From the human T2T-CHM13v2.0 reference genome, Homo sapiens: DNA of 64,000 nucleotides. How positions within the stretch are numbered: position 1 is the first letter of the stretch; every line of letters begins with the position of its first letter. Location: assembly GCF_009914755.1 (NCBI RefSeq), contig NC_060941.1, one strand, 5' to 3'. Shown piece by piece: positions 1 to 64,000 of this stretch. The translations under genes were made by a program, and so were the position numbers. Below the pieces are notes generated by a model. That model searched no databases. It worked only from the letters and a program-made list of their open reading frames with translations, and was not told where the DNA came from.

Positions 1-109
1 AGTTCTCTGTAAGGTATTTGGTAGAACACAACGTGTGGTGTGGTAGCTTGCTTTTGAGGCGTATCTAACTTGGAAGCAAGCCATTCAGACAAAACACTTT
101 ATCTTGCAG

Positions 110-139
110 GCCAAGAAGACGCTGGAGGGAGGCTGTTAG
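110..139 (+). CDS. NDUFAF8: Last coding exon of NDUFAF8 (C17orf89, complex I assembly factor), ...AKKTLEGGC*
   Basis: Acceptor ctttatcttgcag|GCC AAG AAG ACG CTG GAG GGA GGC TGT TAG. The peptide matches the NDUFAF8 C-terminus as I recall it, and NDUFAF8 is the expected neighbour of SLC38A10. Upstream exons lie outside the window. Confidence 0.85.
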   Translation, partial: AKKTLEGGC

Positions 140-1879
140 GAGGGACTCTGAGCTTCACACCTGTCTGCTGCCATGGGTGCAGAGCCCTAGTCCTGATGGC
201 CCCTGGTGGCACATATCGAATGCCTAGGGCAGAAAGGAAGTGGGAATGGCGAAGATGTGACATTCCTCGGTGTTAGATCCTGTTTTTTCTTAACAAGTTG
301 AGGCGTGGGTAGAGCAGGAATTGGTTTTCCAGCATTGTGTCCGTAAACCTGAGTTAGAATAAGATGTAACGGAAGCCACGATAAAGACTCGGTCAAATCC
401 TGCAGCCTGGGGCTTACTGTGTGCAGACTGCAACATGTGGGTCTTGGCCTCTCTGAGATGGAATGGGGCCCAGAGCCTTTCCCCCAAAGCTGGCAGGGCT
501 GGGACTTGGGGACACCCTGCCTCAAGGTCCCCGTTTTAAAACACTCTCACTAAGGTATTTAATGTGAATCTGGTGAAGCCTGCAGACCTTGCTGTGGGTA
601 TACAGCACACACCAAAGACAAGGACGTCAGCACCACGAGGGGACACTCCATGGGGCAGGGTCCTCGCAGGTGGCTTTCCTGGACACGGGGCAGGGCGGAG
701 GCTCTTCACAAAAGGGCCTGAGTCTCCGAGAGGGGCCTGCGTAGAGCACCAGCAGCCAGTGCCCCTCCTGTGTGGGGTTGGTCGCCCCCTCGGCAGCCCA
801 GGTACTTCACCGATGGCGCCTGCCCTCTCGTTCCCCCTCCCTATCACATCACTTGACCTAAAACTAAGGTGAGAAGGGCCACATCCTGACTCTGCCCGGG
901 CACTTGTTGATGGTGAGACCCCGGAGTCCATGGGGCCTGAGCGCCACCTGCAGGGCGTGGCGGGGACTGCTTTGAGAGCCCCCCTGCTCCGGGGTGCAGA
1001 GGCTGCACTTTCCTGGGGCTGCAGCCTGCGCCTGCCCCCAGGCCCGTGCTAGCGGCTGACCCCGTGGGCTGAGGTCTGTTCCTCCATGTTTCCTCCTCCA
1101 GATGCTGCCCCAGAATTAACCTGGTTTCCCCTAAGGGTCTGATCTGGGTGGTGGGTCTGCAGGAGCCAGGCCAGAGTGCTGGATTTTGTCCCAAGGGCCA
1201 GGATAGTGTCACATCTTGGGAACCACGGAAATCCAGACCAGACTCCTGGGGTCAAGCCACCGCAGTCCATCCCTGTGCATGCCAGACTCAGATGCCCTGC
1301 GCTGGCACAAACCACCCGACCCGCCTCCCCAGCGTGCAGGGCCGGCTGCCCCCCACCCCTGCCTTCCTCCTTCTTGTGCCCAGCACTCATCCATGAGCGA
1401 GCCTCAGTGTGCAGACGTCCTTTTCTTAGCCCTGTCACGCCCTCTCCGTTCTCTGGCAGCTCATTGGCAGAGCTTCCTGCATCTTCTCCCTCCAAATCCA
1501 GCCTCCCATCCCACCCACAGACCTGTCTTGCCAGCACTCCCCCTCGCTGTCCTTCACCCTGTGTGTGAGGTGGTGACAGACCTGCCACTTCCTGTGGCCC
1601 AGCGTGGCCCACACCTCCAAACTCAGCTCTCAGGCCTCCGGGGTACACCCTCTTTTCTGCCACCCCAAATTTCCTTGCAAACCTCCCACCTTTGCTCTGC
1701 CCTTCCTCCCTGAGTGACTGGATTTCAGCACCACATCGATTGACAGCTCAGGAAGCTGGGCGGGTGGGGGGGGGGGAGGCGGGGGGGAGGGGGAGGGGAG
1801 GTTGTGGGGGTTCTGCTGTTTTCGCACCGCAGGGACAGTGTGGAGCTCTAACTGCTTCAGGTGCCCTTGGGCCGTCCCT

Positions 1880-2160
1880 GCTGCCCTAACAAAGCACCTG
1901 AGACTGGGTGATTTACAAAGAACGGCCTGATTTTTCACAGCTCTGCAGGCTGCGAAGCCCGAGATCCAGGCATTGGTACTGGTGTCTGGGGAGGGCCTTT
2001 GTGCCGTGTCCTCACACTGCAGAAGGCGGAGGTGCAGCCTCTTTTATAAGGCTCTTAATCGTACGAGCGAGGAAGGAGCCCTCGGCCTAGTCACCTCTTG
2101 ATACTGTCACTTAGGCAACTCCTGAATTTTGGAGGGGACACATCAAACCACAGCAAATGC
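1880..2160. mobile_element. MaLR LTR fragment (MLT1A/MST-like)
   Basis: taacaaagcacctgagactgggtgattta...cctcttttataagg...tgaattttggaggggacaca, typical of MaLR LTRs. Confidence 0.65.
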
Positions 2161-2922
2161 CTTGGCTCTCAGGAGATACCCAAAGTTCTTTGAGGGCTCA
2201 GCTCCGCTCAATCCGTCCCTGGGCCAGCGTGCTGCGCAAGTCTGTTCCCGCGCAGAAGTACACACCGGCGACGGGACAGCGCTATCCCTGCTCTGGAACT
2301 GAGCCCCCAGAGGCAGACTCCACAGCCCAGCGACCTGCACCAGGACTGACCAGACAGGAGCAGCCTGTCGTCAGAAAGCGCAGCCTGGCCCCGGGGCCCC
2401 TCTGTAACATTCTGAGAAGCCCCACCCAGGGGTCTGCGAGGCTTCTGGGGAAAGAAGTTTCTCTTTCCTTCCCTGAGGGGCTGCCACCTGGGCTGGGGGG
2501 TGGGGGTGGGAAGGAATAAGGAACCACATGTGCATGGGAGCAGGTGACCCTGTCTGTGGCTGGGGGTGCAGGGACTCCGGGGTGCAGCGGGGTGGGCGAC
2601 AGCAGAGGCACGGCCGTCATGGATGCCTCTCTGTGCCGGCCAAGGGCAGCCCGCTCCAGCAACAGAAAGCGGGGAGGGTGGAATAACCTCCAGAGAAGGA
2701 AAAGAAAACTGGGTCACGGTAAGATATTTGGGGAAATCCAGCCGGAATGAAAATCCCACTCTGAGCAATTTAACAAATGGAGTTCCAATCCAAGGGGAAC
2801 ATCCAGAAGGAGTTTTACCACTGAGCAGTGGTTCATTTGGAACTGGTTTTAATTGAGAATGAAGGACAGAAATGACCAGGACTGAACCCCCTTGGCGGGG
2901 CACCTCCCAAATGCTGAGTGGT

Positions 2923-3023
2923 GCCCCTGGCCCCACAGCCCCCTCCCAGCCTCCTCCCAGCCCCCTCCCAGCCCCTGGCCCCGCAACCCCCTCCCAGCCT
3001 CCTCCCGGCCCCCTCCCAGCCCC
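2923..3023. repeat. 48-bp C-rich tandem duplication (2 copies)
   Basis: GCCCCTGGCCCC...CCCCCTCCCA starting at 2923 and 2971. Confidence 0.85.
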
Positions 3024-3088
3024 CAAGGCTCGGCAGGAGTCACCACTCAGCCTCCAGAAGCTTCCCTCTAGTTAATTTCCAGTCTTCA

Positions 3089-3397
<309 letters not shown>

Positions 3398-4140
3398 TCA
3401 GGCTGCCCAGTGACATCCTTCAAGGGAAGAAACTATAATAAAAAGCCAAAAGGATATCAAAAGGTGCAGGAAGACACCACCAGAGGCTGAGGCCGGCCCT
3501 CCATGCAGGGACCCTTCGCCAACACGGGCCTCCCCCAGACCCAGGCCCTGGTCCTCTGCCCTTCGTGGCAGGGTTTCGTGGCAGGGTTGGGGCGCAAGCT
3601 CCCCAGAGGACGAGCCAAAGCAGACTCGGATGCTGTGGACACAGCAGCACCTCCTCTCTCCCGCCAGGTGAGAGGGCTGTGGAGCGTGTCCTGGTCACGA
3701 GGCAGCACGCCCGTCAGCCTGGCCCTGGGGGCTGGACCACCTCCTGGCACCAGGCGGCTCTGCCTGCTCACAGGGTCTCTCTGGGGCTGTGCTGCGTCTA
3801 GTGTCCAGTCACTGCGACGCTCAGGTCATGGCGCCGTTCCCTCATGACCTCTGGCCTCTGCTTTACACATCTGGAATCCTGAGCCGGCCTCAGGCTTTCC
3901 TTTCAGTCACTCCCCCAGGACCAACTTCACTAATCAGGTTATCAGTGGTGTTTTTTACTTTTTAAAAAAAGCCACAATTGGATTTTGAAAAACACAGACA
4001 ATGGAGGGCTGGGCCAACCATGAGGAGTGCAAAGGGTGGCACCGGCCAGTGCCCCTGGACACCCGGCTTGTCTGGCCCCTGCTCCCTGTGCTTCCTGGAC
4101 ACCAAACAGCATCCACCGAGGCTGGGTGAAGGCAAAAGTG

Positions 4141-4146
4141 TTTATT
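4141..4146 (-). terminator. Poly(A) signal AATAAA of the SLC38A10 long isoform (3'UTR ~4120-4678)
   Basis: tttatt on the plus strand ~530 nt after the stop; GU-rich gctgtttggtgt downstream on the sense strand. Confidence 0.8.
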
Positions 4147-4678
4147 CAAGACTTTCTACCACACTGTGGGAAGCATCGATAAACAGTCATAATAATTATC
4201 ATTCTGAGTCACTGCAAGCGTGGGGTTGGATGCTGGCTCTCACAGTAGCCTGTGTTGGGACCATGAGCAGCCATGCGCACCTCCACGCACGGCCGAGCTC
4301 AACCCGAAGACCACGCGTGCTCCCTGGCAGGAGCAGGAGGCCTGACCACAGACGCAGCAGCTCCCCAGCCTGAGCCTGGGAGTGCACCAGCCAGCTCGCA
4401 GCGGAGGCCGTTTCTCCTCACAGGCTGGAGTGAGCTCAGAGTCTAGAGGTCAGAGGACCTCAGACTAAGAGCTGCAACAGAACGACAGCAAGAACATTCT
4501 GGAAACGATGCCACAGTGAATCTTTTATACTGTCACTCACACTTGGTGAGGGCCTCAGACATGAAACCCTGGGGAGAGGCGAGTGTGACCTCCAGAGTTT
4601 GGCTGGGATGCGGCTGAGACAGACCTGCTGCTGGCCGAGGAGGGCAGTGGCTGGCGTGGCCCTCATGGCCAGCAGGTG

Positions 4679-56819
<52,141 letters not shown>

Positions 56820-57039
56820 AGTGAGAGGTCTAGGGGCCCGGGGCGAGAGGCCTCGGGGGTCGCCGGGCTGCGGCCGGCTTTGGAAGCCCAGCCCGAGGCC
56901 ACGGTCACAGGTCCCAACGTCCGGGACGCCGGTGGGGAGGGGATGGGCAGCCTGAACACGGGAGCCTGAGCAGGCGCGGGCGCGGGCCCCAGAGGCTGCC
57001 TGGAGGAGGCAGCCTCGAAGGCCGGCTGCGGGGGCGAGG

Positions 57040-57084
57040 TCAACCTCCGGACCCCGCCAAGCCCTGCGGCCGCCTCAGGGCCAT
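57040..57084 (-). other. Upstream ORF in the 5'UTR ([14 protein letters not shown], 14 aa)
   Basis: Only sense-strand ATG between 56820 and 57240; context cgcATGG; ends in TGA at 57040-57042. Confidence 0.6.
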
Positions 57085-58191
57085 GCGTCCCTCGCTCGGC
57101 CTCGCGGGCCGCCTGTGAATCTCCGAGCCCAGACCCGGAAGAGCCGCAGAGCCAGCTAGGGACACCTCAGCCCAACTCAGCTGCCGCCGCGGCGCTCACA
57201 CTTCCGCCTTCCACGGGCTCCGTTGCCCGGAAGTGACGGCCAGGGGGTAGGGTTTGGTGGGACGCGAGCCAATGAGAGGCGGGCCCGGAGGGGCGGGCGG
57301 AAACTGGGCCGGTGGGCACCTGAGGGTCTCGCAGCTGTCCGGTTCGCCAAGCTGGTCCAGCCGACCTGTGCCCGGGGCCCCAGTTCAACGAGCTGGAGGA
57401 CAAGGGACTCGCCCCGCGAGGCCTCGGTTTGGATGGGCAGTCGCGGGCTGGAGAGAAGGGGAGGCGCTGTGCCTTCCGGGGAGGAGCGGGTTTAAGGGTT
57501 CCTTTTTGACCTTTATTCCCAGGACCGATTCTGGGGCGAGTGCTTGGCGCCAGGGCACGGGGGCGGGGGCCCTGACTGCCTCAGCCGAAAAATAGTCTGT
57601 TGTGAGGAATTAGCACCTAGGAGGTAGGAATGAAACGCTGGGCACAGAGAGGCTCGGCCACTCCGCTAAGGCCACACAGCTCCAAGGGGAGGCGGTGCCC
57701 TGCCGAACTGCGCCCAGATCAGTGGCAATGTTGAACTTCACCTTTTCACACGAAAAGAGCAAGGGACATTCCTGGAGGGGACAGGAGAGGTGGAGGCTTA
57801 CATGAACAGGGAAACCCGGGAGGGCTTCCAGAAGGAGGTGGCTTCTAGGCTGGAGCTTGAAGGACAAATGAGAATTCCTCGGGTAGAAATGGAGACCGGG
57901 GAGAGGAGAGAACAGAGAAGGGTCCCGATAGATCTGTGGATTCCTGGCACCTAGCTGCTCACTCTGAGTCTAATGAATGAGCGCGTAGACCGAATGGCTG
58001 GGAAGCAGCAAGTGATTCCAGGCTGCTGGGGGAGGACGGCGGAGGAAAGGAGGCCGTGTCTGCAGCACCTGCAGGACCAGGTGTCTTAGAACAGAGGCCC
58101 GTTCCTCAGGCACTGGCAGTGCAGCCACCAAGTAAGGCTGTGCCCCACCTTCAGGAGAACAGGAGGAAATGCCTGGGTAAAGACTAATTAA

Positions 58192-58581
<390 letters not shown>

Positions 58582-58865
58582 TAATTTTCATCAAATGTTA
58601 TGCATGCGAGGTAGGCTGGGCAATTTACATGTATGTTTTCACAAATAGCAAATACCATGGACCCGCTATTGAGCTTTAAGAACAAAATATTACCGAAGAC
58701 TTAGATCCTCCCTTTCAGTTCCTCCCCAGTTCCAGCACCTTCTTCCCCTCTTCCCTGCTATCCTGAGACATCACAATCCAGATTCCATCAATTCATTACT
58801 TTTCTTTAAAGGTTTACCATATATGGATATATCCCTAAACAATTATGGGGAAGACTATTTGTCTC

Positions 58866-59162
58866 TTTTTTTTTTTTTTTTGAGACAGAGTCTCACTCTG
58901 TCACCCAGTCTGGAGTGCAGTGGCACAATCTCAGCTTGCTTCAGCCTTTCCCTCCTGGGCTAAAGTGATCCTCCCACTTCAGGCCCTCAGTAGCTGAAAC
59001 TACAGGTGTGTGCCACCATGCCCAGCTAATTTTCACTTTTTTTGTAGAGATGGGATTTTGTCATGTTGTCCAGGCTGGTCTCAAACTCCTGGGTTCAATC
59101 GATCTGCTCACCTCGGCCTCCCAAAGTGCTGGGATTACAGGCGTGAGCCACTGCGCCCAGCT
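58866..59162 (-). mobile_element. AluJ-like element
   Basis: Antisense diverged Alu. Confidence 0.9.
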
Positions 59163-59257
59163 GACTCTCTGTCTCTTAATATTCGTTTATTCCATTTTCC
59201 AAATTAATAGGAATTGGCCTGCACGTATGACTGCCTAGGATAAAAAATACACTTCCA

Positions 59258-60225
<968 letters not shown>

Positions 60226-60340
60226 CAGTAGTGTATTGGGATGGGGCACCTTTGCATTTTGGACTATTGTAAGAATTGAATTACATATATGTGCTATTCT
60301 GCAACTTTCTTTTTCACTCAACTTTGTCACACTTAAATTT

Positions 60341-60488
60341 CTTTTTTTGTCTTTTTTTTTTCCTTTTTGTGGAGAACGGGGTCTCACTGTATTGCCCAGG
60401 CAGGTCTCGAACTCCTGGGCTCAAGCCGTCTTCCTGCCTCTGCCTCCCTGAGAGCTGGGATTACAGGCATGAGCCACCACACCCGGCC
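60341..60488 (-). mobile_element. FLAM-type Alu monomer
   Basis: Single antisense left arm. Confidence 0.82.
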
Positions 60489-60811
60489 AGTTCAACTTTG
60501 TTCACAAGAATTGCCATCATGTTGCATGTGCTCTGAGTCTCATTCTTGCTGCTCTGTGGAACTCCGTTACTTAAATAGCCCAGATCCGCATCCATTCTCC
60601 TGCCGAGGGCACCTGAGTTGTGTCCAGTCACTTGCCTCAGAGACAGTGATCCAGTGAACAGATTTGTCTCCTGAACGTGTGTTTGTTCAAGTCTCTCTAG
60701 GGTAAACACCTACAAGTGGAACTGCAGAGTATGCGTATGCATACCTAAATGACTTTACTAGATCTTGCCAAATTGCTCTTCAAAGTAGCTATAAGAGCTC
60801 TTCCTGGTTTA

Positions 60812-61082
60812 CAGCAAAGGTTGGCAAACTTTCTATTAAGAGTCAGACAGTAAATATTTTTTGCTTTGCGGGCCTAATGGTCTCTCGCAAATATTCAGTT
60901 GTGTCATTAGTCTCTCGCAGTGCCAAATGGTCTCACAAATATTCAGTTCTGCCATGGCAGATCAGAAGCAGCCAGAGACAATATGTAAACAAGTGGGCAT
61001 CTCTGTGTTCCAATAAAACTTTATTTACAAAAACAGCAGCTGGCCCAGTGCGGCCTCAGGGCTTAGCTTGTGGGCCTCTGCT
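60812..61082. mobile_element. MER58-like hAT DNA transposon
   Basis: ggttggcaaactttct...cagacagtaaatatttt...gctttgcgggcc...gttccaataaaactttatttacaaaaacag. Confidence 0.85.
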
Positions 61083-61324
61083 CCAACATTTGGTTATTGT
61101 CAGTTTGGCCAGTCCGGTGAATGAAATGGAATCTCTTTGTGGCTCTAATTTGTTCTTATTACAAATTAGGTGAATTATTTATTCATATTTTTATTGTCCA
61201 TTTTTCTTCTGTGAAATGCTTACTCATTTTTGCTTGTTTTCCTATTTAGCCGTTCTGAGGAATTTCGGTGCTCGATAATAACCAACTCTGTGTCCTTCGA
61301 TGCGGGTTTGATGTCTCCTCATTG

Positions 61325-61850
61325 CTGTAGTTTTTCATTAAACAAATTACCACAAACTAAGCAGCTTCAACAACACAAATTCGTTACGCATGGGCTCTGG
61401 AGGTCAGAAGTCCAGCACAGATCGAGGTGTCGGCAGGCTGCCTGCCTTCTGGAAGCTCCGGGAGACAGCTGGCTTCCTGCTCTTTGGTTGTTGGCTGAGT
61501 CCAGCCCCTTAGGGTCGCAGGACCAAGGTTCCTGTTTTCTTGCCGGCTGCCCCCTGAAGCTGTCCCCAGCTTCTGAAGGCCTTCTGTTCCCTGGCTCACA
61601 GCCCCTTTCCCTAACTTCCCCATGGAGAGGAGCCAGTCCTCCTGTCCCATCTCCGGCCCAGCTGAGGAAGGTTTTCCAACCCTAAGGTTTCGTGCGATTA
61701 GATGGAGCCCATCTGGATAATCTGGGATCATCTGCCATCTCAAGGTCTAACCTTAATCACATCTGCAAAGTCCCTTTTGCCAAGTGAGGTCACATTCACG
61801 GGTTCCGGTATGAGGGGTGCACACCTTAGGGGGCCGCAATGCTGCCGGCC
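61325..61850. mobile_element. MLT1-family LTR
   Basis: aacaaattaccacaaact...ctctggaggtcagaagtcc...ttaatcacatctgcaaagtcccttttgcca. Confidence 0.8.
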
Positions 61851-62436
61851 ACCGTCACGCTGAGATTCAGGCCATGTGTCCCTGTCACAGAAGTGAAGCC
61901 TTTTGGACACTGCATCCCATCTGTGGTGCACAGTGGCCGTGGGACCCAGGGCTCTTGAGTTTCCTGTCGCCTGCTGGGCTAGGCTTCACCGCTGCAGCCA
62001 CCTCTTCTGTGGACCTGGTGAATGCTTTGTGGGGATGGGGGTGTCTTCCACGCTGAGTATCCTGGGCCTTAGTGAGCTTTCGGTCAGCCTCCAGCAGTAT
62101 GGGCTCAGGGTTCCTATCTTATTCTGTGGGTCAGGACCCCTGACTCACTATTGAGATGCTCAGGGTATCCCAGGCTCGGCCTTGTGGGAGCCCTATCGGC
62201 TGGCCCCTGGGTCCTTCCGTGTGTCCCTGATGTGATCCCAGCATTCTTGCTTCCCGGCTCCCTGGGATGTTCTTGTGCTTTTCCTGCCCAGGCTGGGCTC
62301 GCCATTTCCCCCAGGAGCCCTGGTTTCTGGGAGAGGGAACCTCCTGAGGGAGGGGGAGTTAGCGGCCGAGATCTGGGTGCTGGGTGTGCTTGTGGCGCCT
62401 GGGTTCCCTCTGGACAGAGCAAGAAGAGATGTTGGG

Positions 62437-63083
62437 GGTGTGTGTGTATGATGTGTGTGTGGTATGTGTGGGGTGTGTTATGTCTATGGCGTGTGTGTAT
62501 GATGTGTCTGTGGTATGTGTGGGATGTGTTATGTCTGTGGTGTGTGTGTATGGTGCATGTGTCTGTGGTTGTGTGCGTGTGTGTGGCATTTGTGGGGTAT
62601 GTATAATGTGTGTGTGTCTATGTATAGTGTGTGTGGTGTGTATGGCCGTGTATGATTGTGTGGTGCGTGTGTGTGTTTAGTGTGTGTGTGGATGGTGTGT
62701 GTGGCGCATGTGTGGGTGGATGGTGTGTTGCACGCGTGTGTGCGTGGGTGGATGGTGTGTTGCACACGTGTGTGGTGCGTGTGTGGGTGGATGGTGTGTT
62801 ACACACGTGTGTGGTGGGTGTGTGGCTGCGTGGTGTTTGCACGTATGTGTGGTGCATGTGTGGGTGGATGGTGTGTTGCACGCATGTGTGTGGTGCATGT
62901 GTGGGTGGATGGTGTGTTGCACACATGTGTGTGGTGCATGTGTGGGTGGATGGTGTGTTGCATGCATGTGTGTGGTGTGGGTGGATGGTGTGTTGCACGC
63001 GTGTGTGCGTGGGTGGATGGTGTGTTGCACGTGTGTGTGGTGCGTGTGTGGGTGGATGGTGTGTTGGACGCATGTGTGTGTGT
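62437..63083. repeat. TG-rich simple repeat grading into a ~30-41-bp minisatellite
   Basis: Repeated GTGGGTGGATGGTGTGTTGCAC(A/G)C units from ~62690. Confidence 0.93.
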
Positions 63084-63902
63084 TTACCACACATCCACCT
63101 CTAGCTCTGTAACTCTGCATCTGGCTACGTGCACTGAGGCTTTGCACCAACACCTCCAAATACCTGTAGAGGTCCCGGCACGGGGCTCCTCCTGGTGCTC
63201 CCCCTTCCTGGTTTGTAACTCCGTCGCTCCCACCTCCCTCGGGCTCCTGCACCCAACCCTGGGCTGCCCCCAACCGTGCCCAGCCTAAATGCTTTGGGAT
63301 GAGGTGTGAGCAGGAGGAGGGGAGGAGAAAGGAAGCGCCGTGGCCGTCTTCCAGCCAGCACCTTCCAGCTTCAATGCCCACACGCGAGTGTGATCGCCAG
63401 AACTGACGGGATATCACTGTCCCACAGGAGCCGTGCTTGGCTTCCTGAGCACCAAGACTATGTCACCCAGGCATGCTACGGAACCTCTCTGAGCCGGCTC
63501 CGCGGCTCCCACCGCCGACATGGCTGCTGCAAGGGCAGCAACTTTCCATTAGGTCACAGGGGATGACAGCCCTGGGCACCGTCTGGGAAGAGGGATGGAG
63601 GGCTGGCTCGGACCTCTGCAGTCTCTGGGAACCTCAGTCTCCAAGAGCATGGGTCTGCTGCACCCGCTGCACGTCTGTGGTGAGGCTCCTCCTCCTCCCA
63701 CACCGGGCACCCAAGCACCCTCTGCCCCACAACTCCCACCAAAGAAATGCGGGGCCCCAGCTGCGGTGGAATCCCCTACAAGCCCTGGCCTGCTTCAGGA
63801 AAGAATGCCTGGGGGAGGTGGGCGGGCTCAGGAACGCCGAGGTGGGCAGAGCTTGGCCCACGGAGCCGCATGGCCCAGGTGCCCTCGACAGCCGAAGCCT
63901 GG

Positions 63903-64000
63903 TTTTTTTGTTTTGGTTTTTGGGTGGTTTTTTGTTTGTTTGTTTGTTTGTTTGTTTTGAGATAGAGTCTCTATCTGTGTGTCCCAGGCTGGAGTGCAAT
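63903..64000 (-). mobile_element. Alu 3' end, cut by the window edge
   Basis: T-rich tail then gagatagagtct...ccaggctggagtgcaat. Confidence 0.85.

Noticed and set aside
62151-63417. Cys/Val-rich and His/Thr-rich ORFs resembling metallothionein or keratin-associated proteins
   Set aside because: Translations of the TG minisatellite; no splice or promoter support.

Overview
Human genomic DNA (Alu-, L1-, MIR- and MLT-rich, GC-rich). It holds the complete minus-strand gene SLC38A10 (SNAT10, SLC38 amino-acid transporter family), which I recognise from the protein sequence. I mapped 16 coding exons by hand, all GT-AG and phase-compatible, from ATG 56819 to TAG 4679. They total 3357 nt (1118 aa). 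Read-through of the exon-14 donor gives a 780-aa short isoform. The CpG-island promoter lies at ~56.5-57.6 kb. The last coding exon of the convergent gene NDUFAF8 (+ strand) is at 110-139. Most interesting signals, all in the region encoding the ~720-aa C-terminal tail: (1) a frame-preserving 24-nt microexon (AEIKKIVA) at 11968-11991; (2) a non-repeat 30-bp intron 12/exon 13 inverted repeat that pairs fully in the sense RNA with one G-U pair; (3) a ~3.2-kb polypurine/polypyrimidine VNTR with no sense-strand AG, next to the microexon and ending in a candidate poison exon; (4) an in-frame 108-nt candidate cassette exon in intron 11; (5) a granin-like tail with an RRRRR convertase site that could release a 64-aa peptide. 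Also seen: one uORF, an intronic CTCF motif and intronic poly(A) signals. The 1000+-aa ORFs in the track are artefacts of the GA repeat. No databases were searched; gene identities, repeat subfamilies and reference comparisons are from memory and need checking.
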